A stretch of 64,000 nucleotides of DNA. Source: Malacoraja senta. Its lineage: Eukaryota. The translations under genes and the position numbers were made by a program. The stretch covers positions 1 through 64,000 of the forward strand of contig CM076002.1 of assembly GCA_038087875.1 (NCBI GenBank). The letters are read 5' to 3'. The notes beneath the pieces are model-generated. The model worked only from the letters and a program-made list of their open reading frames with translations. It ran no database searches and was not told the DNA's origin. This document shows positions 1 through 12,815 of the stretch, in pieces. The stretch's first letter is position 1. Every line of letters begins with the position of its first letter.

Positions 1-234
1 AACATCTTATATTGCACTTGATCGCCGAAAACAGATAAAAGGACATATTTTTCGCCTTTCATTTCTAGTTTTACCTCTGACCTTTTCATATTTGCCCACT
101 TTTCCCTGCTGCTCGTTTCATTTGCATTTCTTCCTTAAAAGGAAGCAGCCTTTGCCGAATTGCTGCCGACTTGCAGTTACTGAGCATCGCCTCTGGGTGG
201 CAGTCTGCTCCACCGCCGACGTTTCATTCACTGA

Positions 235-502
235 AGTTAGATACAAATGCTGGAGTAACAACTCAGCTGGTCAGGCAGCATCTCTGGAAGGAAGGAATAG
301 GCAACGTTTCCGGGGCGAGACCCTTCGTTCCATCGATGCTGCCTCACCCGCTGAGTTTCTCCAGCATTTTTGTCTACCTTCGATTTTCCAGCATCTGCAG
401 TTCCTTCTTATACAAAATGATGGAGTAACTTTGCTGGTCAGGCAGCATCTCTGGAGAGAAGGAATAGGCGACGTTTCGGATCGAGACCCTTCTTCAGACT
501 GA
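235..502. mobile_element. Penelope-like terminal/short repeat copies in direct and inverted arrangement
   Basis: Recurrent TGCTGGAGTAACTCAGC...GGAATAGGCGACGTTTCGG..GAGACCCTTCTTCAGACTGA motif, found many times across the window. Confidence 0.55.
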
Positions 503-3500
503 AAGTAACTGCGGGAGGCAGAAAGGGTGGAGATGGAAAGATGTGATTAGTGGTGATAAACCTTAGGAAATAACGGAAATGTTGGTGGCTAATGTATTGG
601 ATGAGGGTTATGGTCTGAGTGCAGGTAGATGGGACTAGGGGGAAGTATTTATTTAATTATTTTTTTTAAATGTTTTTAAATGTTCGGCACGGACTTGAAG
701 GGCTGAGATGGTCTGTTTCCGTGCTGTAATGGTTATATGGTTATATGGTTATATGAGGAGACGAAGGGGGGGGGGGGTTAATGAAAGGTCCTTGTTGCAT
801 CTGGGGGGGGAGGGACAGCGAACATTGAATTCTCTAATTTATAACTCAAAATGAATCAAGTCAAGTGCTTGGGCAGTCTACATCCTGGTGGCCTGAACGT
901 TGAATTCTCCCAATTCTGCTAGCCCTGGCTGTCCCCTCCCCTTCATCAGCCATCTGGTTGTCTCCTCCCCTCCCCCAGCCCTCGGGCTCCTCCTCCGACT
1001 TTTCCTTTTTTCCTTTCTTCTCCCCACCCCCTATCAGTCTGAAGAAGGGTTTCGGCCCGAAACGTTACCTATTTCCTTCGCTCCATAGATGCTGCTGAAC
1101 CCGCTGAGTTTCTCCAGCATTTTTGTGTACCTGTGTATTATTGTCATATGTCCCAGATAGGACAATTATATTCTTGCTTGCTGCAGCACAACACAATATG
1201 TAAACATAGTACATAACGGGAGAAGAAAAAAAGTTCAGTGAGTGTATACACATAGTACACAAGTATAGTGCAATATTTTAATTTTTAATTTCAAAATAAA
1301 CTTTATTCGAGAAATAAATATATACAATACATGATCCTTACAAAACTCCATCCGACATTCTCGGAGGCTATACATACATACAATACAGTTTCCCCAAATC
1401 ACCAATATAGTAATAATAATAATAATAATAGTCTGTTGCAGTTCAGAGCTTATTTGTTGTCATGTTTAATCGCAACAATGAGCTTAAGATAGTCCCCTTT
1501 AAACTTAAGGGAGTCAGAGTTACTCCTGCCTAGAAGGAGAAGTAACTTCTACATACACTTCCCCCTTTACCCCCCCCTCCCCCCTCCCTTCTTTCTGGTT
1601 TTACCAGTTCCACAGTTCTCCACATTGTTTGTCTCCTGAGATCACACCTTCCTGAGCCAACAATGGGACCTGCCAGACAGCGTGCAGTCTGAGGTCATTT
1701 CATTGATCCTGGTCTCCTGGCCTTTTCTCACCCTCAGCTCTTCACCTGGAGACAGACAGTCTGAAGGCGGACCTGGGTGAAAATGCAGCTCTTGCTTACA
1801 GCTTCCCCCCCATCCCCCCCCCCCCCCCCCCCCCCGGCAACCCACCTGCCAGACACAAAACCAGAACTTCTCCCTTATCAATTTTCAATTCAATTTCAAA
1901 ACTTTATTGCCATGATAAAAAATACATTGTTATATTGCCAAAGTATAAAACATGACATACATATTGAAAATGCATAAGTATAAATACAAGTATACAGTGC
2001 ATAGATAGATATGTCCCTGTACATAAACTCGCAAGAGGCCTATAGCCCTTTATTGATTGCTACACGTTCTTGCAGCTGTAAGCAGTACAACAGGAAAGCA
2101 AATTTAGCAATTCAATATTAATTTCTTACTGTCAGTTAATGTCAATTAGTGTGTGCGTACATATGTGCATATTGGTCATTCACCGTCTCTCAGGTTATGG
2201 CATGCTGTTACGTATTGTGCACCAAGATGTGCCGTATTTCCTTCACCAAGGATTATCCCTCTCTCTGCAAGACCAAGTAAACAGAGTCGCTTCTTGGTAT
2301 CAGCAATTATGTCATTGTTAAAATGTAGAAGTAGGGTCTTGACCCGAAACATCATCTGTGCAAATGCTGCCTGACCCGCTGAGTTACTCCAGCACTTAGT
2401 GTCTATCTTTGGTGTAAACCAGAATCTGCCCTTCCTTCTTATCTCAACTTGTTGCCTGGCCCGTTCTGTTACTCCATCACTTTGTTTTTGAATGCTATTT
2501 ATTGTCATTCAATCCTAGGCTTGAACGAAATACCATCACTACAGTTTTTTTTTTAACATTACAAAAAAAAAACAAGACCCACACTTAACACAGTTTACAT
2601 AAACATCCATCACAGTGAGTCTCCAACACCTCCTCACTGTGATGGAAGGCAAAGTCTATTGATTTATCCTATTATAAATCCTAGGTCATTTTATAATCAG
2701 TTGGGGAGTTGGAAACAGTGAAGGAATAGTCTCCAGATTGTGGATGTAGTGTACGTTGCAGACGTGTAGAGTCACCGACTATCTGGAACGCGGGGGGCAA
2801 CAAGGAGAATCGCAGCTTTCATTTCTTTGGGAGTTGTGGCCACAAATGCGGACCTGGGGGAAACACGGCCTTCACTTACATGGTGAGGGACTCCGTACGA
2901 TTGGCAGCCCCGCCAACAGTCTGTTTGTTTTTATCTTTTTTTTAAATGTTTAGTGTGTGTTAAAAGTTTGTGTAAATGTTCTCCAGTTTGTTTTATGTGG
3001 GGAGAGAGGGAAGATCGGGGGGAAACTTTTTTTTTCAGTTTCTTACCTTGCCGGGGATGCGATTAATTTTCGGATTGCATTCTCCAGCCTACCATCGATG
3101 GAGCTGGAGGCCTCCTCAGACTGACGTTGGGCCCACCGCGGGATCGGACTTACATCGGACTCGATCCCTTGCCTGATATCGCTCCAACATATGAGAGTGA
3201 CGAGAGAGGAATGTGGAGTCTCTGTGATGGATGTTTATGTTAAAAATGTGTTTTGTGTGTCCGTTGATTTTTATTTGTATGACTGACTTGGCAAATGAAA
3301 TTCCTCGTATGTTGCAAAACATACTTGGCTAATAAAGTATTATTGTGATTGTCTGAAGGTGGACCTGGATGAAAATGCTCTTGCTTACAGACCTTCCCCT
3401 ACGCTCCCCCCCCCCCCCAAATCCTGCAAGCCACACGCCAGATACAAAAACCAGAACTTCCCCCTTCAAGATGGATTATAAAATGACCTAATTTTGTGAT

Positions 3501-4319
3501 CAAAACACAAAGTGCTGGAGTAAGAGCAGGCCAGGCAACAGGTTGAGATAAGAAGGAAGGGTTTACACCAAAGATGCACACTAAGTTCTGGAGCAACTCA
3601 GCAGGTCATGCAGCATTTCTGGATAATATGGACAGATGATGTTTCGGGTGGAACCAAGACCAAATAAACAAAGAGCCAACTAGTTGGTATCAGCAGTGTT
3701 GTCACTGTCAAAATTTGGATATAAAAAATAAGAATTACACAAATCGGAGCAATACATCAACTATTTCAACTTCTGAAATATATTTTCAAGATAGTCAAGA
3801 GTGTTTTATTGTCATATGTTCCGAAGTGGAACCAAAATTCTTATGTGAAGGAAGGAACTGCAGATGCTGGTTTAAAACATTGGATATGCAAGCAAAGGAT
3901 TTCACTGTGCCTTGTCACATATGACAATAAACTATTCCATTCCAAACCGAAAATAGACACAAAAGCTGGAGTAACTCAGCGGGTCAGACAGCATCTCTGG
4001 AGAAAAGAACAGTTGACGTTTGAGGTCGAGACTCTTCTTCAGAAATTCTTATTTGCAGCCACACAGCAGATATGTAAACACTCTTCATAATCCATTTGGG
4101 AGTTCAAAACTGAGGAAATTGTCTACTAATTTGTGGTTGTTAACATTTTTAAATGGGTACGTACTGTAAACGAAAGGGAAGAACCTGCACAGGTGTGGAA
4201 TCACCGTCTATTTGGAACGTAGGTGGGTGGGGAGGGGGGGGGGGGGGGGACAAGGAAGATAGCTGCTTTCATTTATTTAGGAGTGATTGCCCTGAAAGTA
4301 GACCTGGGGGAAACAAGAG

Positions 4320-5170
4320 TCAAGAGAATTTAATTGTCATGTGTCCCAGATAGGACAATGAAATTCTTGCTTTGCTGCAGCACAACAGAATATGTAAACA
4401 TAGTACAGAACAGGAGATAAAAGTTCAGTGTGTCTTTAGACCATATATACACAATAAATAACAGATAAAGTGCAATAGTAAAATAGACTGTTATTGTTCA
4501 TAGGTACACAAAAATGCTGGAGAAACTCAGCGGGTGCAGCAGCATCTATGGAGCGAAGGAAATAGGCAACGTTTCGGGCTGAAACCCTTCTTCAGACTTA
4601 TTTGATGTTGTGTTCAATAGCCTGATGGCTGTGGGGATGTAGCTGTTCTTGAACCGGCATGTAACAGATTTCAAACTCCTGTACCTTCTTCCTGATGGCA
4701 ACGGAGAGATGAGTGTGTGACCAGGATGGTGTGGGTCTTTCATGATGTTGGCAGCCTTTTTGAGGCAGCGACTGCGATAGATCCCTTCGATGGTGGGGAG
4801 GTCAGAGCCGGTGATGGACTGGGCAGTGGACACAACTTTCTGAATTATTTTCCGCTCCTGGACGTTCAAGTTGCCGAACCAAGCCACGATGCAGCCAGTC
4901 AGCATGCTCTCTACTGTGCACCAGTAGAAGTTAGAGAGAGTCCTCCTTGACAAAACGACTCTCCGTAATCTTCTCAGGAAGTAGAGGCGCTGATGTGCCT
5001 TCTTTATAATTGCATCAGTGTTCTCGGACCAGGAGAGATCTTCAGAAATATGCACGCCCATGAATTTGAAGTTTTTGACCCTTTCCACCATCATCCCGTT
5101 GATATAAACGGGGATTGTGGGTCCCTATCCTACCCCTTCCAAAGTCCACAATCAGTTCCTTGGTTTGATC
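4320..5170 (-). mobile_element. Rex1/Babar-type LINE 3' fragment
   Basis: VERVKNFKFMGVHISEDLSWS...KKAHQRLYFLRRLR...LPSGRRYRS, the RT C-terminal region, plus 3' UTR. Confidence 0.85.
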
Positions 5171-5338
5171 TTCACTAACATGGGGACACAGTCTGAAGGA
5201 GAACCTGGGAGAAAGTGCAGCTCTCGCTTACAGCCCCCCTGCAACCCACCCGTTAGTACAAAACCAAAACTTCTCTCTTTCATCTCCGTGCAAGAGCAAG
5301 TCGACCTGTGTCCAGCAGTTTTGTCACTGTCAAAATGT

Positions 5339-6510
5339 CATCCCCACCAAGCTCACCACCAAACTTCACCAGCTAGGCCTCAGCTCGCCGATATGCGACT
5401 GGATCCTGAATTTCCTGACGGAGCGACCGCAGGCAGTGAGACTGGGCCCGCACCTGTCCTCCACTATCACCCTGAGCACCGGCACACCACAGGGCTGTGT
5501 ACTGAGCCCCACGCTTTACTCCCTCTTCACACACGACTGTGTTCCTGCATTCGACACCAACACCATCGTGAAGTTCGCAGACGACACAATGGTGATCGGG
5601 CTGATCAACAACGGTGATGAAACAAACTACAGAGCGGAGGTGCAGAACCTGGCGGACTGGTGCTCACGTAACAACTTGTCACTAAACACCTCCAAGACCA
5701 AGGAGCTGATTATCGACTTCAGGAGGTCACATAATGTGGAATACGACCCAATCTCTATCAACAGGGACAGTGTGGAGAGAGTGTCCAGCTTTAGGTTTCT
5801 GGGCACACACATTTCAGAGGACCTCACATGGTCCACCAACACCGCTGCGCTGGTCAAGAAGGCACAGCAACGACTGTTCTTCCTGAGGACATCAAAAAAG
5901 ACTGGTCTGCCCCAACAGCTGCTGACAACCTTCTACCGCTGCACCACAGAGAGCATCCTAACACATGGCATCTCTGTGTGGTATCTCAGCTGCACGGAGG
6001 CGGAGAGGAGAGCTCTTCAGCGCGCAGAAGATTATTGGGACACAGCTACCAGCCTTGGAGGGCATCTACCACACACGGTGCCTCAGGAAGGCCGTCAGCA
6101 TCCACAAAGACTCCTCACACCCTTGTAATAGTCTGTTCGAACTCCTACCTTCCGGCAGACGTTTCAAGGCCTTCTACGCCCGCACCTCCAGACTGAGGAA
6201 CAGCTTCATCCCCAGAGCTATCGCTGGTCTGAACCGGCCCTGCTGAGTGCCCCCCCCCCCCCCCCATGAACTGTCTCCCTCAGTTGGTCACGTCACACAT
6301 CGACCCGGCACAGACATATTTGCACTTTAGACTGTTTTACTGTTTTACTGTTCTTTAAAAAATATATAAATCATGTTTCTCGGGGTATCTAAATCTAAAT
6401 TGTATTAGTTGTTTAAGTTATGACATCGGATGGAAGCTGCGTACCAAATCTTGTTGCACATACGTGCAATGACAATAAAATATATTAATATTATTATTAG
6501 TATTATTATT
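5339..6510 (+). mobile_element. Rex1/Babar-type LINE, 5'-truncated, with TSD
   Basis: [10 protein letters not shown]...KFADD RT motifs, (ATT)n tail, flanking ATGT direct repeat at 5335-5338 and 6511-6514. Confidence 0.88.
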
Positions 6511-6599
6511 ATGTAGAAGTAGGGCCTCGACCCGAAACATCATCTGTCCATATTTTCCAGAAATGCTGCCTGGCCCGCTAAGTTACTCCAGCACTTAGC

Positions 6600-7542
6600 A
6601 TTACTCATTCTATACCCATGACTGCGTAGCCAGACATAGCGCGAACTCAATCATCAAGTTCGCTGACGACACCACTGTTGTTGGACGAATCACAGATGGT
6701 GATGAGTCAGAGTATAGAAGTGAGATCGACCGATTGACCAAATGGTGCCAACACAACAACCTGGCTCTCAACACCAGTAAAACCAAGGAACTGATTGTGG
6801 ACTTTGGGGGGAAGGATGAGGACCCACAATCCTGTTTATATCAACGGGTCGATGGTGGAGAGGGTCAAAAACGTCAAATTCCTGGGCGTGCATATTTCCG
6901 AAGATCTTTCCTGGACACAGCACACTGATGCAATTATAAAGAAAGCACATCAGCGACTCTACTTCCTGAGAAGATTACGGAGATTCGGTATGTCGAAGAG
7001 ATTCTCCTGACCTTCTACAGGTGCACAGTAGAGAGCATGCTGATTGGTTCCATTGTGGCCTGGTTCGGCAACTTGAACGTCCACGAGCGGAAAAGACTGC
7101 AAAAAGTTGTAACCATTGCCCAGTCCATCACCGGCTTGGACCTCCCCACCATCGAAGGGATCTATCAAAGTCACTGCCTCAAAAAGGCAGTCAACATCAT
7201 CAAAGACCCGCACCATCCTGGCCACACACTCATTTCACCATTGCTGTCGGGAAGAAGGTACAGGAGCCTGAAAACTGTAACGTCCAGGTTCAGGAACAGC
7301 TTCTTCCCTACAGCCATCAGGCTATTAAACACAACAACAAATAAGCTCTGAAGTTCAACAGACTATTATTATTATTGCACTATATTTGTTATTTATTGAG
7401 TATGTGTGCATGTGTATATAAACACACTGAACTTTTTTTCTTCTCCCGTTATGTACTATGTTTACATATTGTGTTGTGCTACAGCAAGCAAGAATTTCAT
7501 TGTCCTATCTGGGACATATGACAATAAAACACTCTTGACTCT
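6600..7542 (+). mobile_element. Rex1/Babar-type LINE fragment (frameshifted)
   Basis: IIKFADDTTVVG...KKAHQRLYFLRRL...RFRNSFFPTAIRLLN, 3' end CAATAAAACACTCTTGACTC. Confidence 0.88.
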
Positions 7543-8669
7543 TAAACCCTTCCATCTTATCTCAACCTGTTACCAGGCCAACTGTCTTACTCCAACACTT
7601 CGAGTTTTGATAAAAACATTATCATTTTATCATTTGTGAGTTCAAAATATGTAGGAATGAACTACAGATGTTGGCTTAAACCAAAGATAGACACAAAATG
7701 CTGGAGTAACTCAGCGGGACAGGCAGCTTCTCTGGGGAGAAGGAATCTACCCAGAGACACTGCCTATCCCGCTGAGTTACTCCAGCATTTTGTCTATCTT
7801 GGGAGTTCAAAACAGCAAAAAACCTCTGATTTGTGGTTGTTAAAAATGTGGTTGTTGAAAACATCCAGTGAATTGGCCTCCACTGCCTTCTGTAGCAGAG
7901 AATTCCAGATTCACAACTCTCTGGGTGAAAAGGTTTTTCCTAAATTGCCTACCCATTGTTCACTGGGTTATTGTGTACACAGGCCTGTGGAGCTACAGCA
8001 AGTGGGAATAAGTGAGTTCGGTATTACAACTGCACATGCCCAGGTCACGGGTCATCACCGGGCTAAACATTCTCGGCAGCTGAGCTACTGTGTGTGTGTG
8101 TATGGACCTGCAAATTCATTTCAATGAGATTTATAAATAAATGTATCCGTCAAATATGTCTGCAGTAGGCCACAGCGTACTGCAGGCTACACAAATGAAT
8201 CTATTTAAATTATTGACTCAAGCACCAGTCCTGAAAACGCAAGAATGCCTGGAACGGACCTGTTAATTATCAAATCCCTGGCATTAGCCTGAGTCACAGC
8301 CATTTAAATTCCAAGTTGTGTGTTCGACCAATTTGAGACAGTCCTTACATTCCTATCTAAACAACCTTCCTGGATTGAAGGAAACGAGGAGAATGTGCTG
8401 TGTGAGGGGTGGGGGGGTGGGGGTGGATGGGGGTGGGTGGATGGGGGGGGGGGGTTGGGGGGTAGGTTGGAAAGTTCAGATTGGATTCAAACAGGCTGGT
8501 GAAACTTTCGAGGTGGATTGGCCTAAATAAAGATGCTGTCACTTTAACCTCGGAGGTTGGTTCCAGTCTGTCAGGGCACAAAGTTGGGAGCCGGGTCCGG
8601 GTGACCGGGCGGTGATAATTATGAGAATTTGCAGCCATTTAAACTGCAGCCAAACCAACTAAGGAGATA

Positions 8670-9125
8670 GCAAACAAAGTACTTGTACAACCACTGTTGG
8701 AATATTGCCAGACAATATGGGACCCTCACAGGAAAAATAACACTGACACCCTTGACAAGGTTCAGAGGCGTGCAGCCCGGTTTGGTAATAACGACTACTC
8801 AAGACAGTCAAGTGTTTCCGATATGTTAAATCACCCTGGCTGGGAGTCGCTGGAGTCAAGACGCACCAGAGCCCGCCTATGTACTGTCTACAAGGAGACT
8901 CATGGCATCATCCTCAGTAACATTTCTCACCTTCATTCTATCCAATATCCAGAAATCTAGAAAATCCTCAGGTCACTTTATTTCCACTAGAATTAGAGCA
9001 AACAAAAATAGCTATCTACAGTCACTGTATCCATGGACTGTCCCAGAGTGCAACACCCTTCCTGACACCACCAGGTGTGCACCAACCTTGTCACTCTTCA
9101 AGTGACAGCTTGACAACTTGGACAT
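8670..9125 (+). mobile_element. old CR1/L2-group (Crack/Daphne-like) LINE C-terminal fragment
   Basis: LEYCQTIWDPH...LDKVQRRAARF...SVSDMLNHPGWESLESRR. Confidence 0.7.
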
Positions 9126-9257
9126 GGATCATCTCACCAAACTTGCCCACATAAAAATCAAAAATAACTCTTTTGCAACCAGTGCCCGTGCGAGCGTGAC
9201 CTGCAGGAGATAGATAGCCCAGCTGTGGGCGGTTTTGCAGTAAACAAGCAGAAGCAG

Positions 9258-9912
9258 AAGTGTGTGTAAGTAAGTAAGTAAGTGTGTGTGTGTGTAAATA
9301 AGTGTGTGCGTGTGTGTAAGTAAATGTGCGTGTGTGTAAATAAGTGTGTGCGTGTGTGTAAGTAAATAAATGTGTGTAAGTAAGTGTGCGTGTAAGTAAG
9401 TGTGTGTAAGCGTGTGTGTCTGTAAGTGATTGTGTGTAAGGAAGTGTGTGCGTGTAAGGGTGTGTGTAAGTAAGTGTGTGTGTGTAAGTAAGTGTGTGTC
9501 TGTAAGTGTGTATAAGTGTGTGTGTAAGTAAGTGTGTGTGTGTAAGTAAGTGTGTGTGGGCTGTGTGTGGGGGGGGGGTGTTTGTGTGTGGGGTGTGTGT
9601 GTGCGGGGGGTGTGTTTGTGTGTGTGTGTGTGTGGGGGTGTGTGTGGGGTTGTGTAAGTGTGTGTGTGTGTGGGGGGTGTTTGTGTGTTTGTGGGGGGTG
9701 TTTGTGTGTGTGTGTGTGTGTGTGTAAGTGTGTGTGTGTGTAAATGTGTGTGTGTGGGGTGTGTGTGTGTGTGTAAATGTGTGTGTGTGTGGGGTGGGGG
9801 GGGGGTGTAAGTGTGTGTGTGTGTGTGTGTGGGGTGGGGGGGGGGTGTAAGTGTGTGTGTGTGGGGGGGTGTAAATAAGTGTGTGTAAGTGTGTGTCTGT
9901 AAGTGTAAGTAA

Positions 9913-9954
<42 letters not shown>

Positions 9955-9966
9955 GTGTGTGTGTGA

Positions 9967-10004
<38 letters not shown>

Positions 10005-10028
10005 GTGTGTGTGTGATAGTGTGTGTGT

Positions 10029-10064
<36 letters not shown>

Positions 10065-10110
10065 GTGTGTGTGTGATAGTGTGTGTGTGTGTGTGTAAGT
10101 GTGTGTGTGC
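9258..10110. repeat. degenerate (TG)n/TGTAAG microsatellite upstream of NOP56
   Basis: About 850 bp of TG runs interrupted by TAAG and GGGG. Confidence 0.97.
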
Positions 10111-10116
10111 GCTGTG

Positions 10117-10206
10117 ATTGGGCGCTGTTCAGCAGCCAGTGAGGCGGCGCGTTGCTGCGTGGTGGGGGCGGGTATAAGAGGCTGCGCCACGTGGTTGCGG
10201 CCATTT
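10117..10206 (+). promoter_or_regulatory. NOP56 core promoter (CpG-rich)
   Basis: ATTGG (inverted CCAAT) 10117-10121, GC box GGGGCGGG 10165-10172, TATAAG 10173-10178, E-box CACGTG 10188-10193 and YY1-like CGGCCATTT 10198-10206, all just upstream of the ATG exon. Confidence 0.75.
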
Positions 10207-10230
10207 GGCGGCGGCGGAGGGAGGGAGGAG

Positions 10231-10233
10231 ATG
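10231..10233 (+). CDS. NOP56: NOP56 exon 1 (coding part is ATG only)
   Basis: GAG ATG|GTGAGG donor; phase 0 fits exon 2; same ATG-only first exon as mammalian NOP56. Confidence 0.85.
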
Positions 10234-10555
10234 GTGAGGATCTGCCCGGCGGCCGGGGACTGACGCGAGCGGGGAGGGGTGGGCGGCCTGGCGGGATGGG
10301 CGGGCGGGCGGGGGGGGGGAGGGGGATGATAGGCGACAGAGGCCCGGCCCGGCTGGAGCTGCGAGCGGCCTGTTGTTGGCCCGAGGCCTCGGGTCCGGCC
10401 GCGTGGTTCTGTCTCCGGGCCCTTCCTTTCCCGTCCCCGGGGAAGGGGGTGGATTTGCCGTCTCTCCCCGCCCCAGGGCGCTGGCAGCGGGGCCGGACTC
10501 CCCGGGGAGAGAGGGGGGGGGATAGTGTTTGACCGTCTCTGACCTCGGGGGAGAA

Positions 10556-10702
10556 GGGGTGGTGGTGTTGTGGGAGGTGGGAGGGGGTGGTGGTGGTGTT
10601 GTGGGGAGGGGGTGGTGGTGGTGTTGTGGGAGGGGGTGGTGGTGGTGTTGTGGGAGGGGGTGGTGGTGCTGTGGGAGGGGGTGGTGTTGTGGGAGGGGGT
10701 GG
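10556..10702. repeat. G-rich minisatellite in NOP56 intron 1
   Basis: About 6 units of GGTGGTGGTGTTGTGGGAGGG. Confidence 0.9.
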
Positions 10703-10741
10703 GCAGTGTTTACAGTCTCTGACCCCCGTCTCTACCCCCAG

Positions 10742-10831
10742 GTGCTGTTACACGTGTTGTTCGAACATGCGGCCGGATACGCGCTGTTGGCCGTGAAGGA
10801 GGTGGAGGAGATCGGCCTCTTGCTGCCCCAG
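10742..10831 (+). CDS. NOP56: NOP56 exon 2
   Basis: cag|[30 protein letters not shown]|gtgagg, 90 nt. Confidence 0.97.
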
Positions 10832-12012
10832 GTGAGGGGAGATTCACTCCCATTCCCCCGCCCGTCTCCCCCTCTACCCACGGAGACGGCCCTCACCCAC
10901 CCACCACCTCCCTGTCCCACCCCCTGGGGCTTACACTCGACTCCAACATGTGGGCCCCATGAGCTGGGAGGGAGGGGTGGAGAATAGCTGCGCCGTTGAC
11001 CACTTGGCCCAGTCGATGCTCAGCCTAACTCACACATTGAATCTCAGCTGCAGTGTGAATACTTTCACAATAATAATAATACACTTTATTGTCATTGTAA
11101 ATACATACAATGAAATTTCAGGCGCACTGCCCGAGCGAAGCTCCAACATATCAGATAAATAATAACGAATAACAAAAACGGCAAGTCAAGTCATAATGTG
11201 CAATATTTCACAGTATAGTGTTGTGGCAGTACAAAATATTGGCTATGGGGGGGGGGGGGGGGGGGGTTCAGTTCAGAGTGGTGATGGCCTTGGGGTAGAA
11301 ACTGTTCGTTAGTCTTGTGTGTGATTTGATGGACCTGTAATGCTTTCCTGAGGGCAGAAGGGCAAACAAGTGATGTGCGAGATGAGGTGAGTCCTTCAGT
11401 ATCCACCGCCTCAACTGCGAAGATATCCAGTTGCTACTTTCTTTTTATAGCCATGTTTACCTCTTTTACTCCTAGTACCCCTTACCATGTTCTCTGACCT
11501 GCTGAGTTATTCCAAGTCTTATTTTGTAAACCACCTTCTGCAGCCCCATGTCCTGAGATCTAGCCTGTCCATTCCCTACACAGATGCTGCCTGACCTGAG
11601 TTGTGTTTTGCCCTTTAACTTGAGAGCTTTTTTTACATGTTCACTTTAAATTTTGTTATTTAAAAAGTCGAAAGTGCTGATGGAGCTCAGCCACAGGCAG
11701 CATTTACAGATGGCATTTTCTCCAAAGACTAAAGTCAAAATAAAACTATATACAATACAGTTAACGAGGCAAAAACTGTTGTGAAAGAACATGCATGCCT
11801 GTTACTCCAGCATTTTGTGTCTATCTTGGGCAAAACCTGTCCATGTATTCTTGATGTCTGTATGTTCGCTAATGTAGTTAGTCGTGTTGGCACCTGTCTT
11901 TACACACAACAGTTGGCCTAGACGGTAGCCCTCCCCCAGAGAGCCTTGGTGTTGGATGCATCAAGCTCTAGTGTGTCACTTGGCACTTACTCAGTCGGTA
12001 CATCTTGCAATG

Positions 12013-12775
12013 CTGAGCGTTTGACAGCACTGGGCCTGTACTCGCTGGAGTTTAGAAAGTTGAGTGGGGACCTCATTGAAACTTACAGGATAATGAACGG
12101 CTTGGATAGAGTGGATGGGAGAGGTTAGGACCAGAGGTCATAGCCTCAGAATTAAAGGGTGCTCTTTTAGAAAGGAGTTGAGGAGGAACTTCTTTAGGCA
12201 GAGGGTAGTTACCACAGAGGGCTGTGGAGGCCAAGTCAGTGGATATTGTTAAGGCAGGGATAAACAAATTCTTGATTAGAACGGGTGTCAAGGGTTATAG
12301 GAAGAAGGCAGGAAAATGGGATTAGGAGGCAGAGATCAGCCATGATTGAATGGCGGAGGAGACCCGATGGGCCGAGTGGCCTAATGCTACTCCTATAACT
12401 TGTGAATGCTTGGAGACCAATAATCTGTACGGAGCTTGGGAAGTGCAAGACGTTGATGAGGCCGCATTTGGAGTATTGTATTCAGTTCTGGGCACCATGT
12501 TATAGGAAAGATGTTGTCAAGCTGGAAAGGGTTCAGAGAAGATTTACAAGGATGTTGCCTGGGCTAGGTGGTCTGAGCTATTGGGATAGGTTGAGTAGGC
12601 TGGGACTCTATTCCATGGAGCGCAGGAGGATGAGGGGTGATCTTAGAGGTTTAAGGTGAAGGGGAAAAGATTTAATAGGAATCTGAAGGATAGCTTTTTC
12701 ACACAGGGTATTGTGTATGAAACAAGCTGCCAGAGGAGGTAGTTGAGGCTGAGACTATCCCAACATTTAAAAGAC
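12013..12775 (+). mobile_element. CR1 LINE 3' fragments
   Basis: LGLYSLEFR...GDLIETY and RPHLEYCIQFWAP motifs, CR1 3' UTR. Confidence 0.85.
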
Positions 12776-12815
12776 ACAGCTATCATAGATGTGGGAGGTG
12801 CTGGGGGCTATAGGT

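Noticed and set aside
9129..10204. 350-aa His/Thr-rich ORFs
   Set aside because: Translation of the (CA)n microsatellite
10234..10741. mir-1292 orthologue or GGCCTG repeat tract
   Set aside because: No tandem GGCCTG and no recognisable hairpin similarity
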